UHGV virus genome: UHGV-2031204
Direction: 5' to 3' (one strand)
DNA from: a virus
DNA: 64,000 nt
Every line of letters starts with the position of its first letter. Within the stretch, counting starts at the first letter, position 1. A program made the position numbers and the translations under genes. Below, piece by piece: positions 47,743 to 56,310 of the stretch. The notes below the pieces were generated by a model, which worked only from the letters and a program-made list of their open reading frames with translations, did no database searches and was not told where the DNA came from.

Positions 47743-48131
47743 AACGAACTGTCATTACCCTATTTCTAACGTTACTTTCATTTTCCGCGTTCGCGGAATT
47801 TAAACCGCACGATATTAGTCGTTTTGAACCTACAGTGCCGGGCGATAAACCCGTCGTTTTTAAATCTACCGACCAGCCAGTTGTTGCAGTTCAAAACGAT
47901 GAGTTCGCCACGGTAAATTACGGTAAAACCGAATTGTGCCCGGCAGGTGGCTACTATTTGGTAAACATCAAACGGCGTACATATCAGTTTGTTGATCCGG
48001 GTAGTTGTTCTGCCAGTGTAAAGGTAACGTTAGAAACTGTACCCTACGCAAATAAAAGTATTAATATCCAACGTTTAACTTTCTATGTTGGTGATGAGAT
48101 CACCGCACGGTACCCATTATACGGGTATTAG
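47739..48131 (+). CDS. putative secreted protein with N-terminal signal peptide
   Basis: N-terminus MKRTVITLFLTLLSFSAFA-EF has a positive n-region, hydrophobic core and AFA-like cleavage site; two Cys in the mature part. Confidence 0.7.
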   Translation: MKRTVITLFLTLLSFSAFAEFKPHDISRFEPTVPGDKPVVFKSTDQPVVAVQNDEFATVNYGKTELCPAGGYYLVNIKRRTYQFVDPGSCSASVKVTLETVPYANKSINIQRLTFYVGDEITARYPLYGY

Positions 48132-48154
48132 TGATTAACCCCCGCGGAGTTTGT

Positions 48155-48793
48155 ATGTCTTTTGTAATTGATTTTGAAGTTGGTCATAGACAGAACTTAC
48201 TCAACCTCGTTAGTTACTGTAATAGCGGCAGTGTACGTAAAAAGCTTTCGGCTGAGAAAGTGGATGTTTCTTTAATAGGCGCACCCACACCGGAAGGTCG
48301 GTATCGGGTAAAGTTAACTAATCGCAACGATATTAACGACGCGGTGATGATATCTTACACGAAACTTCAATTGAATGACTTTCTTGATATTCCCGGTAAG
48401 TATCTGGATTGGTTCGATTTCGAAAACGGCCAACCTAAAAATTACGATAAATGGGCAGAGTCCGCGAAAGTGTCGGTGGAGAAGATGTGTCAAGACCGTG
48501 GTATGGTTTTGTCGCGTGCATGGGACACGGGCTCGCAGTGTCATGTTGAGTATGATGAGGATCTCGAGCGCTATGTGGTAATTTACGAATGTGATTCGTT
48601 TATTTATAGCGCACGAAATCGATTTATTCTACCGCTTCATATCGGGCAAATTATTACGAATAAAACCCTTGACGGACTTAATTACAACAACGAACTGAAT
48701 AAACGTCCTTTAGGGGGCTTAGATGGTGAGTTGGACGTCTGGATGGGCAAAGCGTTACTCGAGACCGTCGTTTTAAGTGGTTTAGAAGCGTGA
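48155..48793 (+). CDS. hypothetical protein
   Basis: ATG at 48155 preceded by gcggag; the track start at 48131 is a GTG overlapping the upstream stop. Confidence 0.75.
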   Translation: MSFVIDFEVGHRQNLLNLVSYCNSGSVRKKLSAEKVDVSLIGAPTPEGRYRVKLTNRNDINDAVMISYTKLQLNDFLDIPGKYLDWFDFENGQPKNYDKWAESAKVSVEKMCQDRGMVLSRAWDTGSQCHVEYDEDLERYVVIYECDSFIYSARNRFILPLHIGQIITNKTLDGLNYNNELNKRPLGGLDGELDVWMGKALLETVVLSGLEA

Positions 48794-48807
48794 TAACATC
48801 ACCGATA

Positions 48808-48850
48808 GGAGAGAACCCTGAAAAGGTTCTCTCCTGCTTTCTTTTTTTTT
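48808..48850 (+). terminator. intrinsic terminator
   Basis: ggagagaaccctgaaaaggttctctcc followed by a long T-run. Confidence 0.8.
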
Positions 48851-48880
48851 CACTTCACAACTTCAGTATGGAGGTGACAA

Positions 48881-49429
48881 ATGTATAAAATTGCTATTAT
48901 TGGTTCTCGAGAAACGCCCGAAGACACGATGCAAGAAATGTTGGATGTGTTGCAACGTGGGTTCAAAATTCTTCGTAATAAACAGCACAGTATCGAAACC
49001 CGATCAGGGGGTTGTTATAAAGGACCAGACCAACTACAGTTTATGTTAGCACGTACTGAACCAGGTCTACATATTTGCTATTTGCCCGACGATCGTAAGT
49101 TGTGGTTACGTAAGTTACATCCGAATGTGGATTTTCGCGTTATTCCACAAGACGTCCGTTATCGTGGGATTGTGGCATCGCTTCACCCTAATCCTGATAA
49201 GCTATCGGAAATAGCTTGGGCGTTGCATGGACGAAACTTAAATATTGTATCCGGTGATTCTTTGGACGATCATGTAGACGCCGTCTATTATTACGCCGAG
49301 CATGATAAAAAGGGAAATCCAAAAGGGGGTACGGCGATGGGTGTCCGCTACGCACAGTCACTGAACATCCCTTGCTATTATCATGTTACGGATGCATCTA
49401 AGTGGTTAGAAGACCTACGCTTATTATGA
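48881..49429 (+). CDS. DprA/Smf-like (SLOG-type) Rossmann-fold protein
   Basis: IAIIGSRETPED followed by RSGGCYKGPDQL resembles the GSR ... SGG-x-x-G-x-D pattern of DprA/LOG-like nucleotide-binding domains; weak, motif-level only. Confidence 0.35.
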   Translation: MYKIAIIGSRETPEDTMQEMLDVLQRGFKILRNKQHSIETRSGGCYKGPDQLQFMLARTEPGLHICYLPDDRKLWLRKLHPNVDFRVIPQDVRYRGIVASLHPNPDKLSEIAWALHGRNLNIVSGDSLDDHVDAVYYYAEHDKKGNPKGGTAMGVRYAQSLNIPCYYHVTDASKWLEDLRLL

Positions 49430-49479
49430 AGTTAGTCAGGGCGGGCTTCTCCCCGCTTTAGCTTAAAATGGGGTAAAGG

Positions 49480-50613
49480 ATGTCAACATTAGATTCCGAT
49501 TTAGAAGTCCTTTGCGATGACTACGATCGATTGGTCGCGTTAGAATCGCTTAATGTTAAAGACAACTATCCGGCGGTTGTCGCTATCCGAAAACGGTGGG
49601 CTTTAGATGATGTCCACGTTGCGTTGGAGTCCGCAGCGATGATGGAACGCGCGCAATTTGTTGCGGACACCGAGCCTTACGCAGGGGTAGGTAAAGCGGT
49701 CGCACGCGCGACCGGCAGAGCGGTTAAGGGAGTTGGACGCGTTGCTGGAAAAGCAGCAGTGGCAGGAGCCAAAGCGTCTGGAAAATTCGCAGGTAAACAT
49801 TCTAAGCAACTGGCCTTACGTTTTATCGACTTCGCGGAAGCCGCTGGTAAAGAAGTTATTAATGAACTGAAAGAAGCGACGTCCAAAGCATCGTCGTTAG
49901 AGCGGAAGCTACAGAAGTTAGAAGCACGTTTAAGTTTACTCGGTATCAAGGACACCTTAAAACCGGTTGACTGTGACACAGGAAGTTGGACAACCAAAGT
50001 TTGTTTAGAAGACAAGCCTAACGTAAAAGCATGTATTGAGTTCAGTAAGAACCTGAGCGCAATGGATGCGATGGTCAACGAGTATACTGTTAAAACACGT
50101 ACGTTAATCGGTAAGAGCAAGAAAGTTACCGAGAGCGGTTTGGAGAAAGTGGGCCGGTCAACGAACTGGGCGATTAAACGAAGCGCAGGACTGTTCGGTA
50201 TTATCGATCCGTTTAAAACGGTGAAAGCATATCCGTGGCCAGGTAACGTGGTGGTCGTTGAACACGACAGCGGTAAGATTGAGTGGGCGATTGCCCGCGA
50301 TGGTGATTTTGGCCACACAATTAAATCTCTGAACTTGCACGAAATCGGTTCAGCATTCGACGCCGTTAGAAACATTATCCGAGCGTTACGTCAGCGTGGT
50401 GCGAAACGACGTAGTGTTGGGTATACAGGAATTTATGATGAAATTCAACGTATGCGTAAGGAACTTAAGTCGCTTGAAGGGCGGGAGTTACGCGACGCTA
50501 CCGTACGTTATAAAAACGCACTGCGTTTAGAAGATGCGTTTACTACCTCGTTAGTGCGCGTTGCGGAAGGGTTACTGGAATGGTGCAGGTTGTCGCTGAT
50601 TGAGGTTAAATAA
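49480..50613 (+). CDS. hypothetical protein with Gly/Ala/Lys-rich repeat region
   Basis: 377-aa ORF; region GKAVARATGRAVKGVGRVAGKAAVAGAKASGKFAGK. Confidence 0.8.
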   Translation: MSTLDSDLEVLCDDYDRLVALESLNVKDNYPAVVAIRKRWALDDVHVALESAAMMERAQFVADTEPYAGVGKAVARATGRAVKGVGRVAGKAAVAGAKASGKFAGKHSKQLALRFIDFAEAAGKEVINELKEATSKASSLERKLQKLEARLSLLGIKDTLKPVDCDTGSWTTKVCLEDKPNVKACIEFSKNLSAMDAMVNEYTVKTRTLIGKSKKVTESGLEKVGRSTNWAIKRSAGLFGIIDPFKTVKAYPWPGNVVVVEHDSGKIEWAIARDGDFGHTIKSLNLHEIGSAFDAVRNIIRALRQRGAKRRSVGYTGIYDEIQRMRKELKSLEGRELRDATVRYKNALRLEDAFTTSLVRVAEGLLEWCRLSLIEVK

Positions 50614-51080
50614 TGCGTATTACTATTATTCTCAAACCCGACAGTAAATACGGAAAGTTATACGGCGACCAGGTACTCAAACTGCACAACATGCTGTTCG
50701 CAGAAGAGAAAGTGCGTATTAGTCAGTTAACCGGTCGCGACACGTTCAACCCAATTGAACACTTAGAAGAGATTTGGCCCCAAGATTATCTCTGTGCGTG
50801 TGCCGTGGATGTCAACGAACAACTTCTGGGTTTCATGACGTTCTCAATAGGTTCTTGCTCGAAGGACACATTTGTTTATATTGGGAACTACTATGTGATT
50901 CCCGAAGCGCGTTCTCAGGGGGTAGGGCGTGCGCTTATGGACAAAGTCCGTGAATACGGAAAGTCCAAAGGTTGCGGTTGGATGAGTTTGGATGTGCTGG
51001 ACAACAACGTTAAAGCTATCTCCTTGTATGAGAAAATGGGATTCCGTACTGAATGCAGGGAAATGATAAAGGAAATCTAA
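50613..51080 (+). CDS. GNAT-family N-acetyltransferase
   Basis: YVIPEARSQGVGRALMDKVREYGKSKGCGWMSLDVLDNNVKAISLYEKMGF matches GNAT motifs A and B (Q/R-x-x-G-x-G/A ... Y-x-K-x-GF). Confidence 0.7.
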   Translation: MRITIILKPDSKYGKLYGDQVLKLHNMLFAEEKVRISQLTGRDTFNPIEHLEEIWPQDYLCACAVDVNEQLLGFMTFSIGSCSKDTFVYIGNYYVIPEARSQGVGRALMDKVREYGKSKGCGWMSLDVLDNNVKAISLYEKMGFRTECREMIKEI

Positions 51081-51081
51081 A

Positions 51082-51714
51082 ATGGCTGCAAGATTAGTAC
51101 CGTTTCATGACGGGTCTAGATATACTTTTGGTGTAGAGCGTTACGCTGTGGGTTTTCGTCCTGGTTGGAGAGTGGTACGAATCGATAAAGCGTGTTGGTG
51201 TTTACCGACCGGCATTTTTGATTACTTTACACCTGAAGCTTTAACGCGGTTTGTTTCTCTGGGTTCACCCACTCAACGTGCGGCGTGGGAAAAGAATATC
51301 CGTTGCCGTTATTTGGGTAAAACACGAAACGCGACAGTCCGTGGCGTTTATCACGTAAGAAGTCGTTGGTTACACGTCGAGCCGACACACCCACGATGTG
51401 CAGTCACACCCTTTAATGGGGAGTATAAAGGTCAGGTATACACAGGATTGCATTTTGCTTTTCCAGACAACCCCGATCTTAATTACTTTTTAGCCACCCA
51501 GAAAAACGTTACGTTGTCTACGTTCTATAAATACCTTTTGTTCTATCCTGCGTATGTCGTTGCAGAATTTGAACACAAAGCATTTCCTCTGCCATACGGT
51601 AGAGACAGGAGATTAGCAGGATGTTCTATCGAGAACTTCAGCAATACACCGACGCTCTCCGAAAAGCGACCATCGATGCAGACAACAACCTCAGAGATGT
51701 CGTTAGCACTATAG
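51082..51714 (+). CDS. hypothetical protein
   Basis: 210-aa ORF with aaggaaatc RBS; its last ~94 nt overlap the next gene in another frame, so the 3' end is uncertain. Confidence 0.55.
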   Translation: MAARLVPFHDGSRYTFGVERYAVGFRPGWRVVRIDKACWCLPTGIFDYFTPEALTRFVSLGSPTQRAAWEKNIRCRYLGKTRNATVRGVYHVRSRWLHVEPTHPRCAVTPFNGEYKGQVYTGLHFAFPDNPDLNYFLATQKNVTLSTFYKYLLFYPAYVVAEFEHKAFPLPYGRDRRLAGCSIENFSNTPTLSEKRPSMQTTTSEMSLAL

Positions 51715-51992
51715 AACAGTGTTCGGATGTATTGTATGCGGAAACGATTGAATCACCAACTCACGACGGTGTGAAATCGCTCCAGCTACACGTTTGTAGT
51801 AAACACGGGAGTCTGTCGTTAAACTTCCGTGTAGGTTTAGATTATTACATGGTTCGTAAGAGCTATTTAAGTTGCGACGGCGACCTCTATCCGGTTGTCT
51901 GGAACAACGACTATTCTAAGTTTGTTTATCCGCTTGAAGAACACCGACGCACGGTTTACGAATTTGTGAAAGCTGTTCTTGAGGGGTTCTAA
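51621..51992 (+). CDS. hypothetical protein
   Basis: 123-aa ORF; ATG at 51621 preceded by acaggagattagcagg. Confidence 0.7.
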   Translation: MFYRELQQYTDALRKATIDADNNLRDVVSTIEQCSDVLYAETIESPTHDGVKSLQLHVCSKHGSLSLNFRVGLDYYMVRKSYLSCDGDLYPVVWNNDYSKFVYPLEEHRRTVYEFVKAVLEGF

Positions 51993-52006
51993 GAGAGGGC
52001 CTTGTA

Positions 52007-52612
52007 ATGTCAGAGATGATTCTCGATTCATTACTATTGATTACAGTATCGTATATCAACAAAACGGGCAAGTTGCCTAAGCGTGGCGTTACTATCGAAC
52101 GCGACGGGTTTAAACATCGCTATCCCTTAACGAAAATTTTGGATTTAGCTGCACGTTTAGCCAAGATGCGTCGTCCGAATAGCGAAGCGGCACCGAAATA
52201 CGTTTTACTAGTTTTACAACGCGCGATTTCTGAGGTGCGTCGTAAACGCCGTCGTGCCGCGTTTCGATTTTATCCCAATTCGACGCAACAAGTGGTGGGG
52301 GAATACAACGATATGGTTGTCGATCTTCGTGCAGGTCGGAGTAATGTAACCGGGCTGGCGTATAACCGCCTTAAACGCATTCTGGACGACAGTGATGCTT
52401 TAACCACGCCACAGGAGGGACAAGCGGCTCTAACGCTTCTACGTGGCGCTGAGCTCGTTATTGTGGACACTGCCGTGCAGGCAGCAAGAATGCAACACTA
52501 TCTTGCTAAACAAGGGTTAGTCTTGCTGTGCGTAACGTCTGCACAGGCTGCTAATCTCACCGCACCACAAACGTCAGAAGTGTGGAGTGATCCGATTGTT
52601 GATCACCAATAA
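52007..52612 (+). CDS. hypothetical protein
   Basis: 201-aa ORF; terminator follows. Confidence 0.8.
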   Translation: MSEMILDSLLLITVSYINKTGKLPKRGVTIERDGFKHRYPLTKILDLAARLAKMRRPNSEAAPKYVLLVLQRAISEVRRKRRRAAFRFYPNSTQQVVGEYNDMVVDLRAGRSNVTGLAYNRLKRILDDSDALTTPQEGQAALTLLRGAELVIVDTAVQAARMQHYLAKQGLVLLCVTSAQAANLTAPQTSEVWSDPIVDHQ

Positions 52613-52619
52613 AACCTTA

Positions 52620-52654
52620 CCCCTACTTAACGGTAGGGGCGGGTTTCTTTTTTT
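52620..52654 (+). terminator. intrinsic terminator
   Basis: cccctacttaacggtagggg followed by a T-run. Confidence 0.75.
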
Positions 52655-52742
52655 ACCCTAAATTTTATTACAGATTGATATTATCAATGTGACAACCGTA
52701 GTGAGTCGGTAACTCACCAATTTAAAAAAAGAGAGATAAATT

Positions 52743-53357
52743 ATGGAAATTAAGCGCTTTGAACTCCCTAACAACTACACTTTAGTTGAAGTTGCTGAAA
52801 ATGAAATTGGCGAAAATAGAAAGAATGCGGGCTTTGTCTCGAAAAATTCGCTTTTGATTTATGAAGGTGAGAAATTAAAGTATACCGTCGGTCATCTCTT
52901 CACTGAAAATGGAAAACTCTGGGAATCGCAGTACGAAAGACTGTTGTCGAAATTCCGTTCCCAATTATTGCTGAGATACCTTCGCGATGAGGAAGACTAT
53001 AAACTCTTTGTAACAAAAGAACAACTATTGGCTGATAAATATCCCGCTTATACTGCATGTTTAGCAGCTCTTAAATTGGTCGGCGGTTATGAGGAGTTCG
53101 TGGCGGGCAGTAGCAATTTTGCTATCTCACGACACAGAGATCGCGTCATCATCAAAGATTTTGAGGTGACCCATATACGTACTGTCACGCTCAGCCTCAA
53201 GCATCCTGAAAAGGTGAGTATCGATGACCGGTACGTCATTGCAAACAAGGCCATTTCTTTTACAGCGAAATACCATACCGTCGGTTACCCTACGAGTAAG
53301 GAAGTGTACGAAGAACGTAACCTTGAGAGCTTAATTTCCACATATTTTGAATTGTAA
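52743..53357 (+). CDS. hypothetical protein
   Basis: 204-aa ORF with aagagagat RBS. Confidence 0.8.
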   Translation: MEIKRFELPNNYTLVEVAENEIGENRKNAGFVSKNSLLIYEGEKLKYTVGHLFTENGKLWESQYERLLSKFRSQLLLRYLRDEEDYKLFVTKEQLLADKYPAYTACLAALKLVGGYEEFVAGSSNFAISRHRDRVIIKDFEVTHIRTVTLSLKHPEKVSIDDRYVIANKAISFTAKYHTVGYPTSKEVYEERNLESLISTYFEL

Positions 53358-53365
53358 GTAAAACT

Positions 53366-53395
53366 AAGGGGTGTTTTTTACACCCCTTTTATCTA
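53366..53395 (+). terminator. intrinsic terminator (short T-tract)
   Basis: aaggggtgttttttacacccctt followed by ttttatct. Confidence 0.55.
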
Positions 53396-53419
53396 AAAGC
53401 GCGTAAAGGTAAAACAATA

Positions 53420-54043
53420 ATGCTTAAGACCGTGTCTATTGATGGTCCTGATTTTTCTGGGAAATCAACGTTGTGTAAAATGGTAAAAGCGATGTTGGAG
53501 TCCGCAGGATTAAAAGTGTGTATTCGGAACCATCCGACGTCTGAAACCGAGGCGGGTATTCGTGCACGTAGCTTGGTTGTACAGTCTGCTTCGAAAACAA
53601 AAATTGCTGAAGCAATGTGTGATGACTTCCTTCACACGTTAGACCATGTTGTTGACGAGTACGATGTTGTTATTTTCGATCGCTTCTGCCCTTCAACGAT
53701 TGTTTATCAGGGGACAGATGGCAAGGACGTGGTTTTCCAACGTAAGCTAACTCGTCATTTCCACGCACCCGACCTTTATGTTTGGACAGATGTTGATTAC
53801 CCAACAGCGTTAGCGCGATTTAAGAAACGTGTAGAAGAACAAGGTAAGAATTGGGACGATGAGGTACTTACGGTTAAGTACCTAAAGGACAACCAATCTT
53901 GGGATGGCTTACGCGACCATTATCGTTTCGCGCATCACATCTTAACAGAAGGTGGTTGTCTTCACGCATTATTACCAGTAACGCAGAATGACGATTACCG
54001 TTTGAAAGCCGCTGAGATTGTTACGCACATTTTAGCAAACTAA
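53420..54043 (+). CDS. thymidylate kinase-like P-loop nucleotide kinase
   Basis: N-terminal P-loop SIDGPDFSGKSTL resembles the Tmk G-x-x-G-x-G-K-S-T motif; DRF at the expected DRY/DRF position; length (207 aa) fits. Substrate specificity not determinable by eye. Confidence 0.55.
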   Translation: MLKTVSIDGPDFSGKSTLCKMVKAMLESAGLKVCIRNHPTSETEAGIRARSLVVQSASKTKIAEAMCDDFLHTLDHVVDEYDVVIFDRFCPSTIVYQGTDGKDVVFQRKLTRHFHAPDLYVWTDVDYPTALARFKKRVEEQGKNWDDEVLTVKYLKDNQSWDGLRDHYRFAHHILTEGGCLHALLPVTQNDDYRLKAAEIVTHILAN

Positions 54044-54050
54044 CCGCTTA

Positions 54051-54088
54051 GGTACCACCCAACGGTGGTACCTATATTTTATTTTTTC
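54051..54088 (+). terminator. intrinsic terminator
   Basis: ggtaccacccaacggtggtacc followed by a T-rich tract. Confidence 0.75.
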
Positions 54089-54089
54089 T

Positions 54090-54113
54090 CAGATATATTT
54101 TACTTAGGTGAGA
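54090..54113 (+). promoter_or_regulatory. conserved promoter-like motif, copy 3 (cagatatattttacttaggtgaga)
   Basis: Matches the 18311/26567 24-mer with 2 mismatches; directly after a terminator; followed by inverted repeat agagtta/taactct; about 50 nt before the HTH gene start. Confidence 0.5.
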
Positions 54114-54163
54114 GTTATGATTAACTCTTTACACCGACTTGTTAACCTAAAGGAGTATTTACA

Positions 54164-54523
54164 ATGGCTTACAATCACAATTCCATCGTTCTGGCAAAAC
54201 GTAAATTCGGTCTTCACTTGTCTTACGTAATTCGTCATTTGACCACAAAAGACATTACCCAGCGTGAACTTGCCCAGCTTGCGAAAGTTTCACAACCTGT
54301 TATCTCGTCTATTAAGAACGATCACTCAGAACGTTTAAGTTTACCGATTATGATGAAAGTTGCTGATGCGATTCGTCTGAAATACCAGATTAGTTTTAAT
54401 TCCGTTAAGGGTCGTTGCTCAGTAACCGTTCACGTAGAGTCCGCGTTAGACTACGTTGCAAACACGTCCATTAAACGCACCACGAAGAATGTGCGTTTTA
54501 TCACTAACACCGCAACACACTAA
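54164..54523 (+). CDS. XRE-family helix-turn-helix DNA-binding protein (putative transcriptional regulator)
   Basis: ITQRELAQLAKVSQPVISSIKNDHSE fits the Cro/C1-type HTH pattern (Q-x-x-LA-x-x-x-x-VS-x-x-x-IS-x-x-E). Confidence 0.55.
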   Translation: MAYNHNSIVLAKRKFGLHLSYVIRHLTTKDITQRELAQLAKVSQPVISSIKNDHSERLSLPIMMKVADAIRLKYQISFNSVKGRCSVTVHVESALDYVANTSIKRTTKNVRFITNTATH

Positions 54524-54544
54524 TCAACCTTAAGGAGTATTATC

Positions 54545-55216
54545 ATGCCACCGAAAATTGGTAAAACTGTAATTGAAGAAACTGTAAAGAACGAGACTAA
54601 AGCCAATGAAGTTCAACATGCTGCGAAGGTTGAACTTTTACCCTGCGTTAATGAAATACTCGGGGTGAAATTCTTAACTTTTAGCCCGCATACTGACCTG
54701 GTTTTCGATCTTTATCAAGACCAGCCTTTCAACCTATTCACACTTGTCTGTACTTATAATGGCGATGTTCTGGCAGTTGCTCCTGCTCTTAATAGAGACA
54801 AGTTACTTACAGGTACGGTTATTACTGAAATTCTTCTGCGGTTAATGCATAAGTTTGAAGGGCCTGAACTTGACAAAATCGCTGTTAAGTTAGCTGACCT
54901 ACTAGTCAATGCTGCCGTCTGGTTGAGTTTTAACCCTTCTATCTATTTCCATTTCAATACAAATATTCTTCACGCCGTAACAGACGATGGTAAAAAGTAT
55001 CGCATCTTAATTAAGGGTGGGGTGCAACAACCTTTGTTCTCTAGACAAAACTGCCATATTAAGTTTTCGCCTGACTTGGTAGAAGTTTACGGCCAGCGAG
55101 TAGCGGATGGCCACTACGAGGTCCATCTCAGATTTTTCAATTACCTGTATGAAAAATTAGGGAAAGCTGGCTTGACACCCAATCTTGCTTTCACAAGTTC
55201 TGCCCCTTTTGCGTGA
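54545..55216 (+). CDS. hypothetical protein
   Basis: 223-aa ORF with taaggag RBS. Confidence 0.8.
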   Translation: MPPKIGKTVIEETVKNETKANEVQHAAKVELLPCVNEILGVKFLTFSPHTDLVFDLYQDQPFNLFTLVCTYNGDVLAVAPALNRDKLLTGTVITEILLRLMHKFEGPELDKIAVKLADLLVNAAVWLSFNPSIYFHFNTNILHAVTDDGKKYRILIKGGVQQPLFSRQNCHIKFSPDLVEVYGQRVADGHYEVHLRFFNYLYEKLGKAGLTPNLAFTSSAPFA

Positions 55217-55228
55217 TGTTTAATAATT

Positions 55229-55260
55229 GGGGAACTTCGGTTCCCCTTTCTTTTTTTGTT
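55229..55260 (+). terminator. intrinsic terminator
   Basis: ggggaacttcggttcccc followed by a long T-run; related to the 20773 hairpin. Confidence 0.75.
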
Positions 55261-55311
55261 TTTACAGCTTTAGCGTATTGTTTTGAGACGACCTTTTAAG
55301 GAGTAATTAAC

Positions 55312-56310
55312 ATGGCTTTTAGGATGATTATAAAACATACCGCCACAGATTTAACAGTAGGTCGGTTAGCACGTAGAGATATTCGCAACCCTCAACTTCA
55401 GGCATGTTTATCGGGCCCTAACGGTGCTGTGATTCGTGAGGCGTTGTGCAATAGTGAACTGAATACGTTCTCTTTACAAAAAGGAAAAACAATTCAAGGG
55501 TTTATCATCACAAAACACATTTACGGTGACCCAACGTTACACTGCTTGTATATGCATGAAATTGTACCGGGCTGTTTGAACAAACTGAACCTACTATTGG
55601 TACTCGACTATACCGGTTTTACGTATCTTAATCGAATCGCCAGTGGTGTAGAAGAAATCGCCGAACTTAATGACTTAGGATTTAAACACACCCGCACTAC
55701 GTACCGTTTAGGTACACGCTCGTTGTTGGATATCGCTCTACCAACAAACGTGAAGAACGTCTCCGGCGATTTTTATAAAGAGTTAACCGCCGCACAACGC
55801 GAACAGCTTATGTTGCTTTTGGGTACGAGCGTCGTTGAAAACATCAACGCTGACCCTGTGGGCCGCACACGACAAATAATGCCGCAAGTCGAAACGTTGG
55901 TGGAGCTAGTACGCCACGTCAACCACCACACTTACGTTTGGATGGACGCTAACGATGTTGTGGGTGTGGTGCAAGTTAAATTGCGTAATCTTAACGAGTG
56001 TGAATTAAAAGCCATTGCGGTAAATGAAACACATCGTGGTCGTGGTATCGGACGGACTTTGTTGTATCGTGCTCTACAGATTGCTTCGACAACAGCGGCA
56101 CCATTAGAGATAGGGTGTTTCAATAACAACGCACCGTTTAGACACTTGGCCGTCGATTTATTTAAATTTCGACCTTTCGAATACGAATTTGTTTTAGTGC
56201 GCGACGAAAACGTCGTCAGTTGGGAGCGTCAGAAAAATCATGTCAAGTTGGTGTTAGACGACGAAGTGTCATCGTTACAAGGCGGATATAATGCGGAAAC
56301 CAATTATTAA
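55312..56310 (+). CDS. two-domain protein with C-terminal GNAT acetyltransferase domain
   Basis: C-terminal region LKAIAVNETHRGRGIGRTLLYRALQIAS is GNAT motif A-like; the N-terminal ~170 residues have no motif I recognise; 3' end overlaps the dam start by 20 nt. Confidence 0.5.
   Translation: MAFRMIIKHTATDLTVGRLARRDIRNPQLQACLSGPNGAVIREALCNSELNTFSLQKGKTIQGFIITKHIYGDPTLHCLYMHEIVPGCLNKLNLLLVLDYTGFTYLNRIASGVEEIAELNDLGFKHTRTTYRLGTRSLLDIALPTNVKNVSGDFYKELTAAQREQLMLLLGTSVVENINADPVGRTRQIMPQVETLVELVRHVNHHTYVWMDANDVVGVVQVKLRNLNECELKAIAVNETHRGRGIGRTLLYRALQIASTTAAPLEIGCFNNNAPFRHLAVDLFKFRPFEYEFVLVRDENVVSWERQKNHVKLVLDDEVSSLQGGYNAETNY

Noticed and set aside
49677-50375. 232-aa minus-strand ORF inside the gene at 49480-50613
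   Set aside because: Entirely contained antisense to a plus-strand gene with a good start context; no RBS; Ala/Ser/Leu-rich translation typical of antisense reading of a GC-richer segment.
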